The position numbers and the translations under genes were made by a program. DNA of 64,000 nt, taken from the IMG/VR virus record IMGVR_UViG_2654587772_000002; one strand, written 5' to 3'. The notes under the pieces are model-generated. The model worked only from the letters and a program-made list of their open reading frames with translations, had not been told where the DNA came from and ran no database searches. Shown in pieces: positions 56,023 through 64,000 of this stretch. This DNA is from a virus. Taxonomy: Duplodnaviria; Heunggongvirae; Uroviricota; Caudoviricetes. Position 1 is the first letter of the stretch, and every line of letters starts with the position of its first letter.

Positions 56023-59000
56023 CTATATTTTTCCGCCTACGCCTTTAAACTTCTCAATAAACGAGACGATTTTCTGGAAAACTGCCTGTTTTTTCGTTTT
56101 ATATTGCGGATTTAACGGACTAAGTTTTGGTAATGTTTCGTTTAATTCTGTGCCATTTTCGGTGGCGTATTCGCGTTTTAAAGACGTGCGAATATAGCGT
56201 TTTGCTGCATCTTCATTGAGATTTTCTTCTTTTATCAATGCTTCTGCTTCACGTTGCTGTTCGCGTTGAGCAAACGTAAAGAATGCGTCAATGATGCTGG
56301 CTTTGTCCGGTAAATCATCCAGGTTCGTTTGCTGAATAAAATCGACCACCAGGCCCTCTTTAGCACGGTTCCCTAGGCTTGAACGAATTAAGCGTTTGAC
56401 CTCTTCGATCATTTCGCCCTTGCCTTTATTTTGTCTGTTGTGTTCGAAAATAAGTCCAAGGATATAATCCAGGTTTATTTCCTGAGACTTCAGCAAATCG
56501 ACCTCAAAAACTACGTCATCCCAGTCAGTGGTTGATTTCTCTTTTTTCTCAGCTTCTTTCTCACGGCGCTGCCAGTCGCGAATATCGTTATAGGCAGAAC
56601 GATAATCCTGAATCTTGCGATCAGCAGGGAGACGAATTGTTTGCAATTCAGCGAACTTTTCATCATCCACATAATGTTCTGCTTTGAATTTTTCTACCGC
56701 AACAGGATCGCTAAGATCGATTTGTTGCAGGGCTTTTAGCGTGGCAAATTCATCATAGTTTTGCAGGATGTTCTCGGCACGCAGGTATTCGCCAAACAGT
56801 TTAACGAAGTCTTTCTTCTCTTTTTCACTTTCAATACTGGTAGGGTCAGGGAACCGTTGTTCCAGTTCTGAAACTACTGTCATGAAGCCGCGTTTAGCTT
56901 CACCTGTAGCAGCATCAGTAAAGCCTTCCATATACTCTGTATAACTCTTTTCTAACACCACATTTTTGGTGTTTTTGTCACCAAACAGCGTTATGGCATC
57001 AATAGTTGAGCGTTCCAGATCCCGGAAAGTGACGATATTACCGAAGGTTTTAGTTGCATCATAAATACGGTTGGTGCGGGAAAATGCCTGCATCAGGCCG
57101 TGAAAACGCAAGTTTTTATCGACGAATAGCGTGTTCAATGTTGGAGCATCGAAGCCGGTTAAAAACATCCCCACGACAATTAGCAGATCGATATCCTGAT
57201 TTTTAACCCGCTGGGCTAAATCACGATAGTAGTTCTGAAAACCGTTACTGTCGGTGCTAAAGTTAGTTTTAAAATGGCTGTTATATTCACGAATTGCAGC
57301 GTCCAGAAACTCTTTAGCACTGCTGTCCATTGCGCTGGTATCAAAAGTTTCATCGGAAATTTCACCAATGGCATTTTGTTCTTCATTGGCGGCAAAGGAG
57401 AAGATTGTCGCAATACGCAGCGGTTTATAGGTAGCCGATTTATTAGCGGCTTCTTCTTGTAACCGTTTAAACGTCGCATAATAGGCTTTCGCGGCATCCA
57501 CGCTGCTCACTGCCAACATAGCATTAAAACCTTTTGAGCCAGGGAAGGTACGGTGAGTTTTCTGGCGGAAATTATTCAGAATATATTGCGTGATTTCCTG
57601 AATACGCATAGGATGAAGAAACGCCTGCTGATTTTCAGCCGCACTTAGTTTTTTCTCGTCAGTTTCTGTCTCTAAAGACTTAAACTGTGGCCGCACATCG
57701 TTGTAGTCCACCTTGAATTTGAGCACTTTTTCGTCACGAATCGCATCGGTAATTACATACGAATGCAATTCACGACCAAATACGCTGGCGGTTGTTTCTG
57801 AGCCTAAGGCGTTTTCCGGGAAAATAGGGGTGCCGGTAAAACCAAACTGATAATAGCGTTTGAATTTCTTCTTCAGGTTTTTCTGCGCTTCTCCAAACTG
57901 GCTGCGGTGGCATTCATCAAATATGAACACTACTTGCTGATTATATACAGGCAGGTCGCTTTCTGCTTTCATCAGGTTATTGAGTTTCTGAATAGTAGTG
58001 ACGATAATTTTGTTATCGTCCTTATCCAGATTTCGTTTAAGGCCTGCGGTATTTTCCGAGCCGTTGACGCTGTCTGGCGAAAAACGCTGATATTCCTTCA
58101 TGGTCTGGTAATCGAGGTCTTTTCTGTCGACCACAAAGAAGACTTTATCAATAAAGTCCAGCTCTGTTGCCAGACGCGCGGCTTTAAAGCTGGTAAGGGT
58201 TTTACCAGAACCGGTAGTGTGCCAGATAAAGCCACCGCTTTCGGGGTTAGACCAGTTTTTCGCTTTATAGGAGCTGTTGATTTTCCATAAGATTCGTTCG
58301 GTGGCGGCAATCTGGTACGGTCGCATCACCAGTAGCGTCTGACTACTGTCAAAAACGCTGTAGTTCACCAGAACATTCAGCAGAGTATGTTTCTGGAAAA
58401 AGGTAGCGGTAAAGTCTTTGAGGTCTTTAATCAGCGTGTTGTCTGATTTCGCCCAGTTCATGGTGAAGTCAAAACTGTTTTTATCGCGCTTTGTCGTGTT
58501 GGCAAAATAACGGGTATCGGTGCCGTTAGAAATGACAAACAGTTGCAGATACTTAAACAGGGAATTTTCGCTGTTAAAACTCTCTTTACTGTAACGATGT
58601 ATCTGGTTGAAAGCCTCACGAATCGCCACCCCGCGTTTTTTTAGTTCGATTTGCACCAGCGGTAAACCATTAACCAGGATCGTGACGTCATAACGGTTAG
58701 CATGAGAACCCGTCTGTTCAAACTGCTGGATAATCTGCACCTTATTGCGCATGAGATTCTTTTTATCTATCAAATAGATGTTCTCAAGACGCTCGTCATC
58801 AAAAATAAAGTCGCAAATATAGTCGATATGGATTTTACGGGTCTTATCCAGAATGCCATCACTCGGGTTGTCCAGATACTGCTCCGTGAAACGCCGCCAT
58901 TCGCTGTCATTAAACACCACACCATTGAGGTTCTGAAGCTGTTCCCGAACGTTGGCCAGCATCGCCGACTGTGATTTTACGGGTATAAATTCATAGCCCT

Positions 59001-59139
59001 GATTTCGCAGGTCCTGAATCAGTTCCCGTTCCAGGTCCGATTCACTCTGATAGCTGTCGCCTGTTTGCTCAGCTTTGATGTACTTATCAAGAACGATAAA
59101 GTTATTGGATTCAGCAATGGTGTGTGTCTGATGAGTCAT
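56023..59139 (-). CDS. hsdR: type I restriction enzyme R subunit
   Basis: 1038 aa; helicase motifs (TGSGKT, DECH), N-terminal nuclease region. Confidence 0.9.
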   Translation of the reverse strand: MTHQTHTIAESNNFIVLDKYIKAEQTGDSYQSESDLERELIQDLRNQGYEFIPVKSQSAMLANVREQLQNLNGVVFNDSEWRRFTEQYLDNPSDGILDKTRKIHIDYICDFIFDDERLENIYLIDKKNLMRNKVQIIQQFEQTGSHANRYDVTILVNGLPLVQIELKKRGVAIREAFNQIHRYSKESFNSENSLFKYLQLFVISNGTDTRYFANTTKRDKNSFDFTMNWAKSDNTLIKDLKDFTATFFQKHTLLNVLVNYSVFDSSQTLLVMRPYQIAATERILWKINSSYKAKNWSNPESGGFIWHTTGSGKTLTSFKAARLATELDFIDKVFFVVDRKDLDYQTMKEYQRFSPDSVNGSENTAGLKRNLDKDDNKIIVTTIQKLNNLMKAESDLPVYNQQVVFIFDECHRSQFGEAQKNLKKKFKRYYQFGFTGTPIFPENALGSETTASVFGRELHSYVITDAIRDEKVLKFKVDYNDVRPQFKSLETETDEKKLSAAENQQAFLHPMRIQEITQYILNNFRQKTHRTFPGSKGFNAMLAVSSVDAAKAYYATFKRLQEEAANKSATYKPLRIATIFSFAANEEQNAIGEISDETFDTSAMDSSAKEFLDAAIREYNSHFKTNFSTDSNGFQNYYRDLAQRVKNQDIDLLIVVGMFLTGFDAPTLNTLFVDKNLRFHGLMQAFSRTNRIYDATKTFGNIVTFRDLERSTIDAITLFGDKNTKNVVLEKSYTEYMEGFTDAATGEAKRGFMTVVSELEQRFPDPTSIESEKEKKDFVKLFGEYLRAENILQNYDEFATLKALQQIDLSDPVAVEKFKAEHYVDDEKFAELQTIRLPADRKIQDYRSAYNDIRDWQRREKEAEKKEKSTTDWDDVVFEVDLLKSQEINLDYILGLIFEHNRQNKGKGEMIEEVKRLIRSSLGNRAKEGLVVDFIQQTNLDDLPDKASIIDAFFTFAQREQQREAEALIKEENLNEDAAKRYIRTSLKREYATENGTELNETLPKLSPLNPQYKTKKQAVFQKIVSFIEKFKGVGGKI

Positions 59140-59261
59140 AGCGCATCCTTTGTGCCGTCTGGCAAGGGCCGGAAGGGGGTTAAGGGTGACTTCCAGCGTG
59201 TAAAAAAATAGCCTATATACTGACCGGGTGTTAAGGTGGCCCGGTCGGTAGCAATGGTCAA

Positions 59262-60473
59262 TTAATTACTGACAGTTTCAGGTTTCGGGAAACTGAACAG
59301 TAAATCACGGTAGTACTCGTATTGTTTCTGGCGCAACTCGATTTCACGCGGGAGACCTTCGGTGATGGAGTTGGTCAGGGTGTCGAACTTATCGAGGATA
59401 AAGGCAATTTTTTGTTGCTCATCAATCGATGGTAAAGGAATAGATAAACCATCAATGTTATTTGCTTTAAGATAACCTTGCCCTGAATTGTTTTTTACTG
59501 ACTTAAAGTAAAATTTCATTCTTGGTGAGTCGAAGAAATGCAGAAAATATCTAGGGTGAAGTAATTCCTCATTCAACCTGATTAGGTACATGTTTTGACC
59601 GTAAAAATCAGGATCGAGACATTTTACTCGAGCAATCTCACCAATAGTACCAATCATGCTTATAAGAAAGTCACCTTTCAAGATCGGTCTATTTTTGGAG
59701 ATGCTCAAAAAATCGTCCCGGGAAATATGCTTAACTCTTTCAAAATCGATGTTCCCACCACTAATATTCTTTGAAGTGACATATGGAATTTCACCATTAT
59801 CATCAAACTTCGGAGTTGCGGGCATAATCCAAAATTTATCTACTAGCACCTCCTCCAAAGTCTTCCACTCAACCTCACCCTCTTTAAAACTCAACAACTG
59901 GTCGCGATAATAGTTGTACTGTTTTTTACGCATGTTAAGCTCAGCGGTAAGCTCAGCGGTAAGTGCAGTAAATTTATCCAGAATCCGAACGATTTCAGAC
60001 TGGATGGCAAGGGATTTTTCCGGATTATCCGGGCAGGGGATTGGGATTTTTTTTTGAGAATAATTACTAATCCATTGGCGTTTATGGTCTCCCTCTGCGA
60101 ATTCACTTGGTAATGTATTGAGCCAATAGTAAACATATTTCAGTAAGGTTTTATTATTATCACATGATGTAACCATTTTCATGGCCGATGATTTTGCCTT
60201 AAAGTCAAAATCCACCCATTTATTAGCGGTGGTGAAATCATCAAAAATTATTACAGGTGCCTTTGATGCCTGGTAAATACCATGAGTCTCATTTGTGTAT
60301 CCAAGAATAAATGTTTTTCCGGCAGTAAGAACCGGTATGGTATATGTGTCGTGATAATCTTTTGCTTTTACCAAATACTTTGTTGGCTGTTCATATTTGG
60401 TTATTTCCCCCAATGGCAACCACTCAACTTCAACCCCATCCAGCAATTTTTCCAGATAACTCAACTCGCTCAT
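59262..60473 (-). CDS. hsdS: type I restriction-modification specificity subunit
   Basis: 403 aa; two target-recognition domains separated by conserved repeats; overlaps the hsdM stop. Confidence 0.85.
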   Translation of the reverse strand: MSELSYLEKLLDGVEVEWLPLGEITKYEQPTKYLVKAKDYHDTYTIPVLTAGKTFILGYTNETHGIYQASKAPVIIFDDFTTANKWVDFDFKAKSSAMKMVTSCDNNKTLLKYVYYWLNTLPSEFAEGDHKRQWISNYSQKKIPIPCPDNPEKSLAIQSEIVRILDKFTALTAELTAELNMRKKQYNYYRDQLLSFKEGEVEWKTLEEVLVDKFWIMPATPKFDDNGEIPYVTSKNISGGNIDFERVKHISRDDFLSISKNRPILKGDFLISMIGTIGEIARVKCLDPDFYGQNMYLIRLNEELLHPRYFLHFFDSPRMKFYFKSVKNNSGQGYLKANNIDGLSIPLPSIDEQQKIAFILDKFDTLTNSITEGLPREIELRQKQYEYYRDLLFSFPKPETVSN

Positions 60474-62032
60474 TTCTGCACCTCGCAGCCTTCAATTTCA
60501 GCCACAATCGCATCAATATCTTTACGCAACTGGTCGATTTTGCTGACCGTGGTTTTCAGCTCAGCATTTAGCTCAGCAATATCGATAGTTTCGCGGTTAT
60601 CTTTCACTTCTACATAGCTGCTCACTGACAGGTTATAGTCATTCGCGACAACGGCCTCAAACGCGACAGATTTTGCCAGATGGGCAACATCTTCCTTGCT
60701 GGAAAATACCTGCATAATTTTTTCGATATGGGCATCGGTCAGGATGTTGTTGTTAGTCTCTTTTTTGAACAGTTCGCTGGCGTCAATAAACTGAACTTTG
60801 GTATCCGTTTTATGTTTAGACAGCACCAGAATATTTACGGCAATGGTGGTGCCAAAGAACAGGTTCGGTGCCAGTGAAATCACGGTTTCGACATAGTTAT
60901 TGTCAACCAGATACTGACGGATTTTCTGCTCCGCTCCGCCACGGTAAAAAATGCCCGGGAAGCAGACAATCGCAGCACGACCTTTGGCAGAAAGATAGTT
61001 CAGCGCATGTAATACAAACGCAAAGTCAGCTTTGGATTTGGGGGCCAGAACGCCAGCCGGGGCAAAACGTTCATCGTTAATCAGCGTCGGGTCATCGCTG
61101 CCAATCCATTTCACCGAATACGGCGGGTTAGAAACGATGGCATCAAACGGTTTTTCATCTCTGAAGTGCGGCTCAGTCAGTGTATTACCCAGCTTGATAT
61201 CAAACTTGTCGTAGTTGATGTTGTGCAAAAACATGTTCATACGCGCCAGGTTATAGGTCGTATGGTTGATCTCCTGACCAAAAAAGCCTTCTTCGATGAT
61301 ATGGTCATCAAACTGTTTTTTAGCCTGCAACAACAGCGAACCGGAACCTGCTGCCGGGTCGTAGATTTTGTTAACGTGGGTCTGGCCGTGCATTGCCAGT
61401 TGTGCAATCAGCTTAGAGACGTGCTGCGGTGTAAAGAACTCGCCGCCGGACTTACCGGCATTCGCCGCATAGTTAGAAATCAGGAACTCATAGGCATCAC
61501 CGAACAGGTCAATCTGATGTTCGTTGAAGTCACCAAGGTTTAACCCTTCAACCCCTTTCAGAACCGCAGCCAGGCGGGCATTTTTATCCTTAACGGTGTT
61601 ACCCAGGCGGTTACTGGTGGTATCGAAATCAGCAAACAAACCTTTGATGTCAGCTTCTGAAGGATAACCGTAAGCAGAACTTTCGATAGCAACGAAGATG
61701 CTGTTTAAATCTGCATTCAGTCTGTCATTGGTATTTGCTTTCGCCGCTACGTTGCAGAAAAGCTGACTTGGGTAGATGAAGTAGCCTTTGGTTTTGATGG
61801 CATCGTCTTTAATGTCATCAGTAATTACGCTGTCATCCAGTTTCGCATAACAGATACTGCCATCACCGGCTTCAATATAGCTGGAAAAATTTTCGCTGAT
61901 AAAACGGTAGAAAAGTGCGCCCAGAACGTATTGCTTAAAATCCCATCCATCGACCGAACCCCTGACATCGTTAGCAATTTGCCAGATTTGACGATGAAGC
62001 TCTGCACGTTGTTGAATACTTGTCATTTTCAT
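60470..62032 (-). CDS. hsdM: type I restriction-modification methyltransferase subunit
   Basis: 520 aa; AdoMet motif [10 protein letters not shown] and catalytic NPPY. Confidence 0.9.
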   Translation of the reverse strand: MKMTSIQQRAELHRQIWQIANDVRGSVDGWDFKQYVLGALFYRFISENFSSYIEAGDGSICYAKLDDSVITDDIKDDAIKTKGYFIYPSQLFCNVAAKANTNDRLNADLNSIFVAIESSAYGYPSEADIKGLFADFDTTSNRLGNTVKDKNARLAAVLKGVEGLNLGDFNEHQIDLFGDAYEFLISNYAANAGKSGGEFFTPQHVSKLIAQLAMHGQTHVNKIYDPAAGSGSLLLQAKKQFDDHIIEEGFFGQEINHTTYNLARMNMFLHNINYDKFDIKLGNTLTEPHFRDEKPFDAIVSNPPYSVKWIGSDDPTLINDERFAPAGVLAPKSKADFAFVLHALNYLSAKGRAAIVCFPGIFYRGGAEQKIRQYLVDNNYVETVISLAPNLFFGTTIAVNILVLSKHKTDTKVQFIDASELFKKETNNNILTDAHIEKIMQVFSSKEDVAHLAKSVAFEAVVANDYNLSVSSYVEVKDNRETIDIAELNAELKTTVSKIDQLRKDIDAIVAEIEGCEVQK

Positions 62033-62177
62033 CCACTTATTTCAGGCTTATGTAATTGGATGTGATTCTACAACAACTTGGTGGCTTTAACAGTTCGGAC
62101 ATTAGGCTATGAATGACCTGCCTAGAGTTTTGTTAAGCCGCAAAGTGCTGGCGCTTTATGCCTGTGAAGTTTATAAT

Positions 62178-62199
62178 TGTGTACACATAACGAGTACAC
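62178..62199 (+). promoter_or_regulatory. phd-doc operator-like palindromes
   Basis: TGTGTACACA and GAGTACAC immediately upstream of phd. Confidence 0.45.
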
Positions 62200-62208
62200 G
62201 AGGTGTTT

Positions 62209-62430
62209 ATGCAATCCATTAACTTCCGTACCGCGCGCGGCAACCTTTCTGAAGTGCTCAACAATGTTGAGGCCGGGGAAGAGGTTGAAATCACCCGCAG
62301 AGGCCGTGAGCCAGCAGTAATTGTCAGCAAGGCTACTTTCGAAGCCTACAAAAAAGCGGCGCTGGATGCTGAATTTGCATCCCTGTTTGACACCCTGGAC
62401 TCCACCAACAAGGAACTGGTTAACCGATAA
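62209..62430 (+). CDS. phd: antitoxin Phd
   Basis: 73 aa from ATG; [32 protein letters not shown] matches P1 Phd. Confidence 0.9.
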
Positions 62431-62810
62431 TGAGGCATATATCACCGGAAGAACTTATTGCGCTTCATGATGCGAATATAAGCCGCTACGGCGGCCTGCC
62501 TGGCATGTCAGATCCGGGCAGGGCAGAGGCCATTATCGGGAGAGTTCAGGCCAGAGTTGCCTACGAAGAGATCACCGACCTTTTCGAAGTCTCCGCCACC
62601 TACCTGGTGGCTACAGCGAGAGGGCATATATTCAATGATGCCAATAAGCGTACCGCGCTAAACAGTGCGCTGCTATTTCTACGCCGTAACGGGGTGCAGG
62701 TATTTGATTCACCTGAACTGGCAGACCTTACCGTAGGCGCTGCGACTGGCGAGATATCTGTATCTTCTGTCGCCGACTCGTTACGTAGATTGTATGGTTC
62801 TGCGGAGTAG
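62430..62810 (+). CDS. doc: toxin Doc (Fic-fold)
   Basis: 126 aa; overlaps the phd stop; HIFNDANKR Fic-like motif. Confidence 0.9.
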
Positions 62811-62814
62811 ATTA

Positions 62815-62994
62815 ATGGCACGCAAATACGACAAATTGTCCCGTGAAGCGTTAAAGATGCTTCTTGATGGCGTGAGTCGCCGCAAGGTAAAGCAATACCT
62901 GGTTGGTAAGCAAATTGGAGTCAGGACCGCTATTGCTGTGTTATGCCGTCAGGAAATGGTTGTGCTTAAACAGAGAATGCCGGGCAGCAGATAA
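62815..62994 (+). CDS. small hypothetical protein
   Basis: 59 aa from ATG 62815. Confidence 0.3.
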   Translation: MARKYDKLSREALKMLLDGVSRRKVKQYLVGKQIGVRTAIAVLCRQEMVVLKQRMPGSR

Positions 62995-63021
62995 AGCCCA
63001 ATCAGTGATTAAAGGTGTGAT

Positions 63022-64000
63022 GTGAAAGCCATAATTACTCCCTTTGTACAGAAAGAGCTTGGCCTCGCCACGTTCAAAGTGGATCAGGAGGTCAGAAAGC
63101 TGGTGGAGGCTGGCCGTAAATTTATTATGGAGCCGGTGCCGCGTGAGTTAATCGAGCACATGGAAGACGGCCTCGTTGTTACTGAGCAAACCATGGCAAC
63201 AAATGAGGCGTTGCAGCCGTTTTTTAACAGCGATGAACTGTTTCGCCGTATTGGTGGAATTGACGCGCTGGTTGCGTGGTTGCGTAGGAAAGAGGGTCAA
63301 TGCCAGGCCGCAGATCGTAGTTGGTGTGACAACCATATTGTCCACGCTGAACGAGACAATAGCGCGGTGTTGTTGTGCTGGCATCACGATAACCATTACC
63401 GGATGCGTGGTTTTAATGAGCTGAAAGAAACGCTGCACAATAATCGCGTTAACTGGATACTGGATGTCGCCCGTCAGGAAATGGGCCTTTCAAATAGCCA
63501 TGATTTAAGTATTCAGGAGCTGTGCTGGTGGGCTTTCATGCGCAACATGATGCACCTGATGCCGGAAGAAGTCTGCCGCATATCAATAAATAAGATGAAG
63601 GCTACTCCGCAGGATAGTGGACCTCTGAAAGAGGCGGATATTCGCCCGTATGACGATCGCGCTACAGCATATGTTCAGATGATGGAAGAACGCGCCGCGC
63701 CGATGCGTGCAAAAGTATGCCCTGTGGATGTTGACTCCGACCCTAGCATGGCGCATTTCAAAATACCAAAACTTCAATCGCTAAAATTGCCTGAGTACAT
63801 GGATTTTGTGGCTTCCCGTCCATGCTGTGGCTGTGGAGCTGCGGGAGCTGGCGCTCACATTACGCCTTATATCGTTCGTCATAGTCGATTATGCGCGCAT
63901 GACATTTATGCTATTCCTCTGTGCCAGTCATGCCAGCGTGATATTGAGCGTGACCGCGATAATTGGGAGAAGACGCACGGTAGGCTGGCGATGCATCAAC
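63022..64000 (+). CDS. hypothetical Cys-rich protein, 3' end beyond the window
   Basis: open frame from GTG 63022 with RBS AAAGG; C-terminal CCGCG...CQSCQ cluster; not in the supplied track because no stop falls inside the window. Confidence 0.4.
   Translation, partial: MKAIITPFVQKELGLATFKVDQEVRKLVEAGRKFIMEPVPRELIEHMEDGLVVTEQTMATNEALQPFFNSDELFRRIGGIDALVAWLRRKEGQCQAADRSWCDNHIVHAERDNSAVLLCWHHDNHYRMRGFNELKETLHNNRVNWILDVARQEMGLSNSHDLSIQELCWWAFMRNMMHLMPEEVCRISINKMKATPQDSGPLKEADIRPYDDRATAYVQMMEERAAPMRAKVCPVDVDSDPSMAHFKIPKLQSLKLPEYMDFVASRPCCGCGAAGAGAHITPYIVRHSRLCAHDIYAIPLCQSCQRDIERDRDNWEKTHGRLAMHQ

Overview
The window reads as a mosaic enterobacterial phage / phage-plasmid segment. All calls rest on reading the six-frame translations and DNA motifs by eye and from memory; no database search was run. 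Positions 1-16850 carry a lambdoid tail-tip and fibre module on the minus strand (I, J, lom, stf, a second tail fibre) next to a serine recombinase; its proximal genes K, L and the tape-measure gene are frameshifted or truncated, and an AT-rich moron encodes two secreted proteins. From about 16900 onward the content is P1-type: an immunity-like region (antirepressor, KilA-N protein), a plasmid replicon (RepA flanked by iterons) with ParA/ParB and a parS site nearly identical to P1 parS, RdgC, a bifunctional cytosine-C5 plus Dam-like methyltransferase, a tRNA island (Asn, Thr, Ser, CAT), a DnaB-type helicase, putative baseplate genes, a lambda-type Ser/Thr phosphatase, a type I R-M system (hsdM-hsdS-hsdR) and the phd-doc addiction module. 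A 17-bp C1-operator-like motif recurs at several promoters. The most unusual observations are an intein with a LAGLIDADG endonuclease splitting the catalytic motif of the methyltransferase, a GIY-YIG/T5orf172-like gene sitting between the iterons and parA, paired structured repeats flanking the tRNA cassettes, and a cluster of glycosyltransferase-like and nuclease genes of unknown role. No CRISPR array, rRNA or IS element was recognised.
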